From a virus (taxonomy: Duplodnaviria; Caudoviricetes): a stretch of DNA of 52,064 bases. The position numbers and the translations under genes were made by a program. The DNA lies in the IMG/VR virus record IMGVR_UViG_3300047409_000754, positions 1-52,064 of that record, one strand, 5' to 3'. This document shows positions 19,602 to 28,808 of this stretch, piece by piece. Below the pieces are notes generated by a model, which was not told the origin of the DNA, ran no database searches, and saw only the letters and a list, made by a program, of their open reading frames with translations. Every line of letters begins with the position of its first letter. Position 1 is the first letter of the stretch.

Positions 19602-20371
19602 CGCGCCCCCGCAAATGGGAATTGCTTGAGAGACCACATCCAATCGGAGAGCCGCCCGCGCTTCCCCGGCATGCGCCCGCTGTCCTGCTTCACGAAGATC
19701 GGGATCCCTTGGTCGTGCAGGCGGTCCGCAAAGTCGACCGCGGAGTCGATGTCGAGCTCCCGGCGTTGGTCGTCGGGCCCGCTCTCTCCGCCGATGATCG
19801 CCCAATGAAGCAAGCGATCGCGTTCGACCGGCGGGCGCATCGGGCCCGGCATCATCGGTTCGACCGAGATGAACCGGACCATCGCGGGAACTTCACGCAG
19901 GAAACTCCATCGTTTGTCGAGGAGTTCCTGATTCTCGGTCGTGGTTCCCGCCCAGACGTTCGTGGGAAAGCCCCAGAGCCAGCTCTTCGGGACCGCGCCC
20001 ATGATGTTCTGGGGACGCTTCGTCAGCAGCAGCCAGTCAAGGTTCGGCGTCGCCTTGATCAGCGGCCAGAGACGATCCCGCTGCTCGGCGATCGTCGGAT
20101 GATCCTCGAACACATCAGCCATCGACGAGCAGAACACCCGGTGACGCTTTCCGATATCGCGGGCCATGCGATCCCACAGGATCGGCTCCTTCCAGTACTT
20201 GTCCGACAGGATCCGGCGCGCCGTCGTCTTAGGAGGCCCCCACACCGTGAGACCGACGCGCTTGGAAAAGGTCTCGGCATAGCAGTGGTCGCACGCCGCC
20301 GAGACCTTTTGGCAGCCCCACGCGACGTTGAACGTGTGGTGCGTCCAACCGATTTTGCTGTTCTCGCCCAT
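19598..20371 (-). CDS. Phage Gp37/Gp68 (DUF5131) family protein
   Basis: MGENSKIGWTHHTFN..GCQKVSAACDHCYAE, VFCSSMADVF, LLTKRP, FISVEP, IGGESG. Confidence 0.9.
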   Translation of the reverse strand: MGENSKIGWTHHTFNVAWGCQKVSAACDHCYAETFSKRVGLTVWGPPKTTARRILSDKYWKEPILWDRMARDIGKRHRVFCSSMADVFEDHPTIAEQRDRLWPLIKATPNLDWLLLTKRPQNIMGAVPKSWLWGFPTNVWAGTTTENQELLDKRWSFLREVPAMVRFISVEPMMPGPMRPPVERDRLLHWAIIGGESGPDDQRRELDIDSAVDFADRLHDQGIPIFVKQDSGRMPGKRGRLSDWMWSLKQFPFAGAR

Positions 20372-20461
20372 GGAATAGTCCTCGGATCAATCTTCAGGTC
20401 TCGCCCCAGGGCACCCGCGCCACCATTGACGGGGCGCCCCGGGAACGACTCTCAGCAGCGG

Positions 20462-20866
20462 TCACCAGTTCGCGGGGTCGTTCTGATCGCCCTCGGGATT
20501 CGCCGGCGGCGTGGACGAGGCGGGCGCGCGCGCGCCGCCGTTCGACGCGCGGCTCGATCCTTCGGTCTTGATCGCGCGGACCGTCAGGCACGGCACCCAC
20601 TTCTCGCGCCCGTCGACCATGACCGGACTTCGATCCTTCGCGGTCACCTTCTCCATCTCGACGGCGCCCGTCACCTCGATGAGGGCACCGGGCTGCAGCG
20701 TCCCGATCTCCTCCACCATCTCCTTGAAGCCGCGGAGGTCGATCTTCTTTCCGTGGCCGTCGGCGAACACGTCGAGCGTCAGGAACGCGACCTTGCCCGA
20801 CTGGACCACGAAGCGGCGGACGACCGAGCCGCAGATCCGGAAGCCGGCACCCTGCGTGAAGCTCAC
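20462..20866 (-). CDS. Single-stranded DNA-binding protein-like (OB fold)
   Basis: Beta-rich body, flexible acidic tail ending in W, next to the recombinase gene. Confidence 0.55.
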   Translation of the reverse strand: MSFTQGAGFRICGSVVRRFVVQSGKVAFLTLDVFADGHGKKIDLRGFKEMVEEIGTLQPGALIEVTGAVEMEKVTAKDRSPVMVDGREKWVPCLTVRAIKTEGSSRASNGGARAPASSTPPANPEGDQNDPANW

Positions 20867-22398
20867 GAGAGACCTTCCATTTCCTCGAACGAGATGAGGC
20901 CGAGGGTCGCGCCCGGATACACGCGCCGCGCCAGCTTCGCCCCGGAGGACTTGACCAGCATGTCCTCTGGGTTCTTCCTCCAGCCAGTTCCGTCCTTCTT
21001 CAGAAGGCCGGCGAGCTCAGCCTGTTCGATGGTGAACGTGACCCTGGTCGAGCCTGGATTCCGGCGGTTCTTCGTTTCCCAGGTGGCCTTGGTTGCGCTC
21101 GCCTCGACGGGGTAAAAGTACTGGCAGTTGGGGTCGCGCTCGGCGAGGTGGATGATCAGATAGGCGTAGGGATACGGCTTCCCGTCGATGATGTGGAAGA
21201 CGTCAAGCGCCGCGGCCGACGGAATGCCCATCGACCGGCCGCGGATGATCGTCGCCAGGACCGACTCCCACGTCGGGAACTTCGAATAGATGCGCGAGTT
21301 GAACAGGTGTTTTGCTAGCGTCACGGCGCCGCTCGGGTCGCGCGGCTCCAGCGCGCGCTCGAACTCGACGGGCTGCGCTGGGATGACCGTAAGCTGGGTC
21401 GGGGCGGGCGCCGGGGTCGGTTCGTCCTTCACCTCGACGCGCTCGGCTGTCACCTCGGGGATGGGCGTTGCCGCGGGAGCCGGCGCGGCGGGCGACGGGA
21501 TCGACCCAGGCCCCTTGCTGATCGGGATGTCGTCGCTTTCCATGTCGTCGTTCTCCTCTGCTTTGACGAGCGGTTTCTTCGTGCGGGTCGCGTAGATCTC
21601 GCGGAAGTCGAACGGAACGTTCGTCCGCAGCTCGACGAGCTTGCGCGCGAGGCGCACGTCGGCCTCGGCCAGGTCGATGTTGGTCACGAACTTCGCGACC
21701 TCCTTGCCGCCGCTCTTGGATCCGACGTTCAGCGGGTCGGCGCTGATCTGGACGTAGAGCGCGTTCAGGTTTCCGAATCTCGTCAGCACGTCCGTTGCCG
21801 TCTTCGGGCCAACGTCGGGCGCCCCCTTGATCTCGTCGCTGGTGTCGCCGACGAGCGCAAGCCAGTCGCCGAGTTGCGCCGGCCGCACCCCGAACTTAGC
21901 CACCATCGCGGCTTCGTCCCACGTCGACCAGTCGTGCGTCCGAAGCTGCGTCACGCCGGGCCGAAGGAGCTGCATCAGGTCCTTGTCCGCCGAGCAAATC
22001 AGAACCTCGTGGCCAAGCGAGAGCGCCGTCTCGCATGCCGTGGCGATGACGTCGTCGGCTTCGTATCCATCGGCGCCCCAGATCAGGAACCCGTCGTAGC
22101 GCAGGCGCTCCTTGACCCGGTCAAGCGTCGCGTAGAAGTCGTTCCCGAGCTTCTCGCGCTTCGCCTTGTACGTCGGCGCCATCTCCTTGCGCCACGATTT
22201 GCGCGAGTCCATGCAGACCGCCACGAGCGATCCCTGGCTCGTGTTCGCGCAGCGCCACACAGCTTCGACGGTGGCCTGGTAAGCGACGCTGAGCGGTCCG
22301 TTCTCGTTCGCGCGCCATGCCGGGTGGAACAGCGACGAAAGGTCAATCAGGACGACCCGACGCACCTCGGACGGCACGGCCTGAGGCGCGGCAGTCAT
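20863..22398 (-). CDS. 5'-3' exonuclease fused to a RecT-like annealing domain
   Basis: N-term LID, YEADDVI, SADKDL, GDTSD..GAPDVGPKTA (H3TH); C-term GRSMGI..IIDGKP..AGL..WRKNPEDML. Confidence 0.75.
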   Translation of the reverse strand: MTAAPQAVPSEVRRVVLIDLSSLFHPAWRANENGPLSVAYQATVEAVWRCANTSQGSLVAVCMDSRKSWRKEMAPTYKAKREKLGNDFYATLDRVKERLRYDGFLIWGADGYEADDVIATACETALSLGHEVLICSADKDLMQLLRPGVTQLRTHDWSTWDEAAMVAKFGVRPAQLGDWLALVGDTSDEIKGAPDVGPKTATDVLTRFGNLNALYVQISADPLNVGSKSGGKEVAKFVTNIDLAEADVRLARKLVELRTNVPFDFREIYATRTKKPLVKAEENDDMESDDIPISKGPGSIPSPAAPAPAATPIPEVTAERVEVKDEPTPAPAPTQLTVIPAQPVEFERALEPRDPSGAVTLAKHLFNSRIYSKFPTWESVLATIIRGRSMGIPSAAALDVFHIIDGKPYPYAYLIIHLAERDPNCQYFYPVEASATKATWETKNRRNPGSTRVTFTIEQAELAGLLKKDGTGWRKNPEDMLVKSSGAKLARRVYPGATLGLISFEEMEGLS

Positions 22399-23396
22399 CT
22401 ACCCGCTCCAGCCGGGCAGCTAGGATCCGAGCCGTGGCAGATCGCGCATTCTTTGCGCGGCGGCCGAGTAGGCTCACGGCGCTGATACCGAAGCGGGTCC
22501 TGATAGTAGAACCTCTCCCAAGTCCTATCGAACGGATCAAATACGGGCGATGACGTCCTCGGCGGCACGCACGGCATCTCCATCAATCGAGCGATATCCG
22601 GAGACGGAACGACAGGCGCGGGCCTGAACGGTTTGCTGAGCAATGACCGCAACAGATCGGCGCCGTCGATGGACGGAGCATCGCTCACGTTCCCCTCTCG
22701 TTTAGGAGATTCCGCAGCCATGATCCTAAGACTCCTTTCCCGTGCGCGTCGCGGCCGAACCCGCGCCGAAGATCAGGTCCAGAAGAGAATCGAGCGAGGC
22801 GCGCGGCGCCGTCTTCGAAGCCGAGCTGTGCTCCAGTCGGCGGCGCACGATGCAGGCCGTGCAATCGCAGTCGTCGACCGCGATCTTGGCGGCCGGCGCC
22901 GCTGCTTCCTTCGGCACGGGCAAGCCGAACTTCTCCGCCTCGGAGCGGACCTTGGCGGTCGTCGTCTCGACGAACTTGTCGATCGCGTCGTACTCGGGCA
23001 CAAGCCCTGCCGGGACATCCGTCCCGGCCGCGCGCATCTCGTTCCGAAACGCGACCACCATCTGGCCCTTGCGGTACATGTCCGCGATCATCGGCGTGAT
23101 CTCCAGCAGCGCACGGATCGCAAACTTCGTGTCGTTCCCAAGTTTCATGTCGTCTCCCTTTCGTCCTCATCCCTCGGTTCCAACGCCGCCTGGACCGCCC
23201 AGGCCTGCGCAGTGAGTCGGCTCCTCGGCGTCGAGACGACCGCCTGGATCTCGTAGTTGCCCATCAGGCCCGCGACGATGTTCCGCGCGCGCTCCATCGC
23301 CTGGCCGGTGGTCATGGCGACGCCGTCGCGCTCGCGCAGGACCAGAATCCCGTCGGTGATGTCGGCGACCAGGTCTTCGAGCAGGGCGGCGGTCAT
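22395..23396 (-). other. Small hypothetical ORFs (22395-22721, 22726-23148, 23145-23396)
   Basis: Coupled ORFs with RBS. Confidence 0.5.
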
Positions 23397-23599
23397 GCTT
23401 CCCTCGGCTGCATCGCGGCGCGCATCGACGCCCGGTTCACGAACACGAAGTAACCGACGCGCACGCCGCGGACGCGCTTCGTCTTGATCCAGCCGGCGAT
23501 CGTCGTGCGCGGCTGGCCGAACGCTTTGGCGGCGACGCCGATCGGGATGAACCCGGTCCGACGGAGGCGAGCCACGATCTGCGGGTTCGGGCGGCCCAT
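23393..23599 (-). CDS. Excisionase/MerR-like HTH protein
   Basis: IPIGVAAKAFGQPRTTIAGWIKTKRVRGVRVG winged-helix pattern. Confidence 0.6.
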   Translation of the reverse strand: MGRPNPQIVARLRRTGFIPIGVAAKAFGQPRTTIAGWIKTKRVRGVRVGYFVFVNRASMRAAMQPREA

Positions 23600-23927
23600 C
23601 AGCCCACCCACCCCAAGCAGCGGACGATCGTCATCGCGACGCCGTAGCCCGCGAGCGCCCCCAGCGTGGCCCAGAGGAAGAGCGCGCCCGTGAACCTCAC
23701 AGCCCGCACCATCCGTAGGCCACGATCGCGGCGAGGGCCAGCCACCAGAGCAGCGTCTCGCAGAACGCCTGCCGGATCAGCGCCGGCACGTCGCGCCATC
23801 CGAATCTCACGGTAAAACCGCCAGTGTCGTCAGTTGCGTCATGTCCGTTATCCAATACGCCGAAGCGTGAAAACGTGCGTTTTTGGGCTGTTGATGATTG
23901 TTGATGAACGGCTGTTGTCCGACGGGG

Positions 23928-24419
23928 TTATTCCCCGCGCTCGGCCGCTTCGATCTCTTCTTCTTCGCAGCCGGGGCACTTCTCGTTCCTCGGGTGCCGC
24001 ACGGCGTGCGCCTGGCAGATGGCGGTGAGCAGGTCCATCCGGATGCGCGTCCCGACCTCGTACCCTTCGAGGTAGCGGCGGAAGGCGTTGCCGAACCGCT
24101 CCGGGCGGCTGGCGGTCTTCGCGATGCCGTCCTGCACCCCCTCGGAGAGCGGCATCGAGCCGCCCAGTACCTCGGCGCACGCGGCCCAGATGTGCGGCGT
24201 CCGCGGCTGGCAGAGCAGCACGAGCGCGCCGACGGGGCTCACTTCGTCGACGCTCGGATCCTTGCGCCACGGCACGCGCGACTCGCGGCTGACGCAGATG
24301 ACGCCGGGCGCGTCGACGGCGCCGACGGGGATGCCTTCGACGCGCGCCCAGGAGAGCGCGCCGCGCAGCAGGGTAATCGGCGAGGGGCTGGCGAACTGGG
24401 ACGTGACGATGCCGGCCAT
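23928..24419 (-). CDS. Hypothetical protein
   Basis: MAGIVTSQF..., GGAGG RBS. Confidence 0.55.
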   Translation of the reverse strand: MAGIVTSQFASPSPITLLRGALSWARVEGIPVGAVDAPGVICVSRESRVPWRKDPSVDEVSPVGALVLLCQPRTPHIWAACAEVLGGSMPLSEGVQDGIAKTASRPERFGNAFRRYLEGYEVGTRIRMDLLTAICQAHAVRHPRNEKCPGCEEEEIEAAERGE

Positions 24420-24688
24420 CACGACACCTCCAGCAGGGCGAGCATCTGCGCGTCCGTGAGCGTCGTCTCCTGGACGGTCTCGTCCTCGGGCGCGCCGCAG
24501 GTCGGGCAGAGCGGGATCTTCTGGCCGCCGTCCTCGATCACCACCGCGTCGGCGTGCTTGATCACCTCGCCGCAGCCGTGGCAGGCGACCGTCCCGCAGT
24601 AGAAGCACGACCCATCCTCGTCGAGGGGGTCGCGGCAGTCCGGGCAGGCGGGCGCCCAGCCGTCGCACTCGTCACCGGAGAGCGACAT
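24419..24688 (-). CDS. Small Cys-rich (Zn-finger) protein
   Basis: Four CxxC motifs. Confidence 0.55.
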   Translation of the reverse strand: MSLSGDECDGWAPACPDCRDPLDEDGSCFYCGTVACHGCGEVIKHADAVVIEDGGQKIPLCPTCGAPEDETVQETTLTDAQMLALLEVS

Positions 24689-24858
24689 CAGTGCACCACC
24701 GGCGTGTTGAGCTTGAGGAACAGCTTCGCGGCCGTCGTGACCGCGCAGCAGCGGATGCAGATGTAGTTCCGCGTCGCGCCGTGGAGCCCGAGCCGGCCGC
24801 CGCAGTCGCAGAGGATGCCGGCGACGAATCCCTGTCGGTCTGTTTTCACCTTGGACAT
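24688..24858 (-). CDS. Small Zn-finger protein (56 aa; not in the ORF track)
   Basis: MSKVKTDRQ...CDCGG...CIRCC; ATG 6 nt after the -10; stop overlaps the next ATG. Confidence 0.55.
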   Translation of the reverse strand: MSKVKTDRQGFVAGILCDCGGRLGLHGATRNYICIRCCAVTTAAKLFLKLNTPVVH

Positions 24859-24864
24859 GGTTCT

Positions 24865-24937
24865 AATCTAATCTATTTGAACCTGGCGTCAACAGATTCT
24901 TTTCGGTGCTAGTAGATTTTCCCTTTGGCCCTATACT
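24865..24937. promoter_or_regulatory. Divergent promoter region (genetic-switch-like)
   Basis: Minus: TTGACG-N16-TAGATT (24892-24865); plus: TATACT at 24932-24937, 7 nt before ATG 24945. Confidence 0.6.
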
Positions 24938-24944
24938 GGGCCGC

Positions 24945-25130
24945 ATGGCCAAGCCCCTAAAGAAGCGACGCAAGCCCGAATCCGAGCGGAAGGAGAACGG
25001 CATCACGGTCTGGTTCACTGGCGCCGACGAGGCGCTGGTCAAGCGCGCTGCGGCAAAGGCCGGCGACCCGGTCACTCACTGGATGCGCAAGGTGATCGTG
25101 AAGGCGGCGAAGGCGGAGGCCGAGGAATGA
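24945..25130 (+). CDS. Ribbon-helix-helix DNA-binding protein (candidate repressor)
   Basis: GITVWFT strand followed by two helices (EALVKRAAAKAG, VTHWMRKVI). Confidence 0.65.
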   Translation: MAKPLKKRRKPESERKENGITVWFTGADEALVKRAAAKAGDPVTHWMRKVIVKAAKAEAEE

Positions 25131-25429
25131 GCGCGCACAGCGCCGGGCCGTGGCAGTCAAACGGTCGCAGCGTGTGTGATGTGGACGGGCGCAGCATCGC
25201 TGCCGCGCACGAATGGGATACGCGCCCTCACGACCGATTCGTTCGGGCCAGGCAGAACGCTATCGTGCTCGCGAATGCCCGCCTCATTGCCGCCGCGCCC
25301 GAGATGTTTGAACTGCTGCGCAGGATGGCCTGCGATTGCGTGTGCGAAGAGGCCAACGGCAACGCGCGAATTGACCTGCGCGGTATGGCGGATGCCTTGC
25401 TCGCCCGCATCGACGGGGAGACGCCGTGA
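25127..25429 (+). CDS. Phage hypothetical protein (HTPGPW/ANARLIAAAP family)
   Basis: HSAGPW...ANARLIAAAPEMFELL. Confidence 0.7.
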   Translation: MSAHSAGPWQSNGRSVCDVDGRSIAAAHEWDTRPHDRFVRARQNAIVLANARLIAAAPEMFELLRRMACDCVCEEANGNARIDLRGMADALLARIDGETP

Positions 25430-25904
25430 CGCTTGCCGATTTCATCGACAGACACCTCGTCGCCCTGTGCGTCCAGGGCTGGGTTCTGTTCATCTGCATC
25501 TGGCCTGTCTGGGCGATCAAGAAGATCGGAAAGATGCTGTGAGCCCGACCAGCCCTGACTACCCGCGCGGGACGCACGCAGGACCGGACGAAGGGTCCGA
25601 GCGGTGCCGAGCCTGCCCGCGCACGAAAGCAGAGCATCCGGTGCCGTGCGAGTGCCTAGAGCATCAGAAGCGCGGCGGCGGCGTCTCGATGTGCTTCACG
25701 TGCACGGAGTGCCGGGAGTTCGATGGCGAGTTGACCGGACGCTCGACCAGGTCGTTCATCGCGCTTTCGTGGGCGCCGTGCCCGTGCGGAGACACGGGCC
25801 TCATCGGACACGGCGACGGGAAATATACGTGCCCTGGCTGCGGCGCGAAGCTCGCGCCGGTAATGTATAGAACGGGCCCGTGACCTGTGCGAAGCTCCGA
25901 CCCC

Positions 25905-26315
25905 ATGCCCGTCCGCGCTCTTGCCGTCCTGGTCGCCGTGCTCGCCCTCTCGGGCTGCATCGGTTCGCTGAATGACTCGGTCGCGCCACCGGTGCCGCCA
26001 GAGCAGCCAGCGCCGCCGGTGGTCGGGCACTGGCTCCTCGATGCGCCCGCCGGCGACGAGCCGCAAACGCTTTGGATCGAGGCCGACGGGACCTATACCG
26101 CGATGAGCTCGGCCGCGCTTTCGATCGATTCGATCTCGTTTCTGTCGAGCGGGACCTGGGACTTTTCGCGCCCGACGCTGACCACGCACGACGCGAAGAA
26201 CGGCGACCGTTCCTACTTCGTCACGTTCGGGACCGATGGCGGGTTGCTGCTGCGCAGGACATCGACTGGCCAGTCGTGGTCATTCCATCCCGAGCAGCTC
26301 GACGCCGGGCCATAG
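25905..26315 (+). CDS. Lipoprotein
   Basis: Signal peptide with lipobox LSGC. Confidence 0.65.
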   Translation: MPVRALAVLVAVLALSGCIGSLNDSVAPPVPPEQPAPPVVGHWLLDAPAGDEPQTLWIEADGTYTAMSSAALSIDSISFLSSGTWDFSRPTLTTHDAKNGDRSYFVTFGTDGGLLLRRTSTGQSWSFHPEQLDAGP

Positions 26316-26325
26316 CCCGACGCGC

Positions 26326-27162
26326 TTACTGACCGCCGTAGAATGAGATCTGCGACCCGGTCGCCTGCGGGGTCACGGTGAGGTTGCAGCCCGGGATGGA
26401 CACGCCCGCGTAATTGACGAAGGCGGGGTTCTGGTAGCTCGACGGCACAAACTGCACGTAGTGCGTGACCCCATCGACGGTCACGTAATAGTCGGTGTAC
26501 GACTGCACGCTCAAGTTGTTGGCCTGGGTCGCCCTCGGCAAGTCGCCCCAGCAATTGTGCCGGTTGGCTGGAATCAGAGGCTGCCACGTCGAGTCGGCGA
26601 GCATCTCGATGTAGGGCTTCTCGAAGGCGTCCACGTACGGACCGCTGTAGTCCACCCTGAGGTCGCGCGTGCCGTAGGGATACACGCCGCTGCCGTTGTC
26701 GTCGTAGATCTCGATGTACTCCGCCCCGTGCGCAATCGCATTGGCTGTGCCGGGGCCGAACCACGCCCAAGTGATCCGATCGCCGGGGTACGCTTTGAGC
26801 GAAGTGATCGGATCCCAGTTGACCCCCATGTTCTGCCCGACGGCTTCGACGTTGTAACCCCAGACCCATCGAGGCGGGAACGAGCCCGGGATGAGGACGC
26901 TCTCGGAGTTGAACGAGAAGTACATGGCCTCCCCAACGTTCGCGTTCTGATGAACCTGGAATTGCTGGATGACCTTCGAGATCGTGCCCGGGTTCTTCGG
27001 CGGAGGAGGCAAAACGTTCGCTTGCACGAAGCTGATGATCTGCTGTCCGGCGGGCAAATAGACAGCGTGATCCGAAGATGCATAGAGAGTCGTGCCTGTC
27101 GCCGACGAGGTGACTGGCAGGAGCAGAAGCGCGAGCGCGAGAAGGATTCGTTTGATGGTCAT
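26326..27162 (-). CDS. Secreted/periplasmic protein (278 aa)
   Basis: MTIKRILLALALLLLPVTSSA signal peptide; beta-rich; directly downstream of the tRNA array. Confidence 0.65.
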   Translation of the reverse strand: MTIKRILLALALLLLPVTSSATGTTLYASSDHAVYLPAGQQIISFVQANVLPPPPKNPGTISKVIQQFQVHQNANVGEAMYFSFNSESVLIPGSFPPRWVWGYNVEAVGQNMGVNWDPITSLKAYPGDRITWAWFGPGTANAIAHGAEYIEIYDDNGSGVYPYGTRDLRVDYSGPYVDAFEKPYIEMLADSTWQPLIPANRHNCWGDLPRATQANNLSVQSYTDYYVTVDGVTHYVQFVPSSYQNPAFVNYAGVSIPGCNLTVTPQATGSQISFYGGQ

Positions 27163-27200
27163 CGTGATCGTTGCCTTTCGTTGGTTTGGCCCGGGGACAG

Positions 27201-27276
27201 TGGAGCTGACGGCCGGCATCGAACCGGCAGCCTCCGCTTTACCGAAGCGGCGTTCTTCCTCTTGAACTTCGTCAGC
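27201..27276 (-). tRNA. tRNA-Thr(GGT)
   Basis: Cloverleaf, CCA encoded. Confidence 0.85.
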
Positions 27277-27277
27277 G

Positions 27278-27349
27278 TGGTGCCCCGGGCGGGATTCGAA
27301 CCCGCGCGCCGCTTTTAGGAGAAGCGGTCCGATCCATCCGGACCGGGGC
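27278..27349 (-). tRNA. tRNA-Arg(CCT), reduced D arm
   Basis: Acceptor, anticodon and T arms intact; CCA encoded. Confidence 0.75.
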
Positions 27350-27350
27350 G

Positions 27351-27875
27351 TCATGTCTCCAGCGCCGTCGACCAGTACGGCAGCCACTCCGCCGGCATCG
27401 GTCCCGACCCCATGCGCACGGTCACCGTCGGCAGGTAGTGCGGCTTCTTTGGGCGCGCGCGCAGCTCGAGCCCGGCTTCGGCCGGCGTGCGGTCGGCCTT
27501 GTCGCTGTTGCAGTCGACGCAGCACGTGACGATGTTCTCCCAGCACGTACGACCCCCGCGGCTGCGCGGGATCACATGATCGAAGGTCAGGTCTTCGGTC
27601 GGCTTGCGCGCGCCGCAGTACTGGCAGGCGAAGCCGTCGCGCGCGTAGATGTTAAGCCGCGAGAACTTGATCCGAATCCGGTCGCGGCGGAAGCGCCGCA
27701 CGACGCGCACAACCGACGGCATCGGCACCGCGCGCGACACCGTTTGGATCGTCCGGTCGCGGCTGTGCTCGACCACCTCGACCTTCCCGAGGAAGAGGTC
27801 CGAGATCGCGCGCTGCCAGCTTTCGACGCGAAGGGGGCGGTAGTCGACATCCAGGAACAGCACGGCGGCGGACAT
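27351..27875 (-). CDS. HNH endonuclease (McrA-like)
   Basis: RDGFACQYCG, LTFDHVIPRSRGG, NIVTCCVDCNSDK; AAGGAG RBS. Confidence 0.9.
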   Translation of the reverse strand: MSAAVLFLDVDYRPLRVESWQRAISDLFLGKVEVVEHSRDRTIQTVSRAVPMPSVVRVVRRFRRDRIRIKFSRLNIYARDGFACQYCGARKPTEDLTFDHVIPRSRGGRTCWENIVTCCVDCNSDKADRTPAEAGLELRARPKKPHYLPTVTVRMGSGPMPAEWLPYWSTALET

Positions 27876-27890
27876 CGGATCTCCTTTGGT

Positions 27891-27966
27891 TGGTGGGCCC
27901 GCCCCGATTCGAACGGGGAACACGGCCGGTTTGAGCGGCCTGCCTCTGCCGTTGAGCTACGGGCCC
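27891..27966 (-). tRNA. tRNA with CAA anticodon (Leu?) lacking the long variable arm
   Basis: GGCCG-CTCAAAC-CGGCC, 5-nt variable loop, CCA encoded. Confidence 0.75.
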
Positions 27967-27968
27967 GA

Positions 27969-28055
27969 TGGTACGCGTGACTGGATTCGAACCAGCATTG
28001 GGCTTTCGCCACACGGTTTCTAAGACCGTTGAGTAGACCGTTCCTCCACACGCGC
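27969..28055 (-). tRNA. tRNA-Leu(TAG)
   Basis: Long variable arm, CCA encoded. Confidence 0.85.
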
Positions 28056-28060
28056 GTGCG

Positions 28061-28132
28061 TCTCGGCGCCTGGAATCGAACCAGGTTCGTCCGCTTATAA
28101 AGCAGCCGCACGCACCAGCGTGCTACGCCGAG
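28061..28132 (-). tRNA. tRNA-Ile(TAT)
   Basis: Anticodon loop TT-TAT-AA, cloverleaf. Confidence 0.7.
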
Positions 28133-28133
28133 A

Positions 28134-28207
28134 TGGCGCTGCGTACGGGGATCGAACCCGTCTCACTCGGGAGACAACCGAGCCGCGCCCCAGGCGCGTC
28201 ACGCAGC
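28134..28207 (-). tRNA. tRNA-Asp(GTC)
   Basis: Cloverleaf, G73, CCA encoded. Confidence 0.8.
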
Positions 28208-28212
28208 AGAAG

Positions 28213-28281
28213 TACCGCCGGCGGGAGTCGAACCCGCAGGTCCTCGGTTCGGAGCCGGGGATCCGATCCATCGGCGACGGC
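28213..28281 (-). tRNA. tRNA-Arg(CCG), reduced D arm
   Basis: CT-CCG-AA loop, T arm intact. Confidence 0.7.
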
Positions 28282-28282
28282 G

Positions 28283-28353
28283 TACGCCCGGAGAGATTCG
28301 AACTCTCAAAGGCCGCCTTAGAAGTGCGGCTGCCGTCCGATCGGCGCGGGCGC
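28283..28353 (-). tRNA. tRNA-Arg(TCT), atypical
   Basis: CT-TCT-AA loop with a 31-39 mismatch. Confidence 0.65.
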
Positions 28354-28358
28354 GGAAA

Positions 28359-28808
28359 TCAAGCTCCGGGAGAAGGACTCGCACCTTCACTTCTCGGCGT
28401 AACAGGCCGGCGTGCTGCTTTGACACTATCCCGAAAAAACTGATGTTGGGCGGAACAGGATACCGAGCAAAAAAGAAACCCTCGCTTTGAGTGCTTGAGC
28501 CTCCAGCGCGCCCTGTTCGGCCGAAGCTTGAATTCTGTTTCGCACGTTGGGCAAATCGTCACGACCGATGGCGGAGCGCGCTCCAGTGAGTGATCGCGGG
28601 TATGTTCCGCCACCGTCTTCAATTCGAAATTGTCGAACCGATTGTCGCGTTTGTTCTCGTTCTTGTGGTGGATCAACTCGCCGGGCCTCGGCACCGTTCC
28701 GGTGTGCTGCCACCACACGAGATGATGTTCATAGCAGTACCGCCCGCGGTATTTCTTGCCCGGGTACTCGGCCGGCGCGATCACCAATTCGTAGGGGCCG
28801 TTCCGCAT
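28359..28808 (-). CDS. HNH homing-endonuclease-like protein with Zn finger
   Basis: YEHHLVW...IHHKNENKRDNRFDNFEL; CPTC...FCSVSC. Confidence 0.85.
   Translation of the reverse strand: MRNGPYELVIAPAEYPGKKYRGRYCYEHHLVWWQHTGTVPRPGELIHHKNENKRDNRFDNFELKTVAEHTRDHSLERAPPSVVTICPTCETEFKLRPNRARWRLKHSKRGFLFCSVSCSAQHQFFRDSVKAARRPVTPRSEGASPSPGA
28364..28435 (-). tRNA. tRNA-Asn(GTT)
   Basis: CT-GTT-AC loop, TGCGAGT T-loop; lies inside the 3' end of the HNH ORF. Confidence 0.75.

Noticed and set aside
27891-28055. Suppressor (TCA/CTA) tRNAs or stop-codon recoding
   Set aside because: Centred 7-nt loops give CAA and TAG; genes translate fully in the standard code and use all three stop codons
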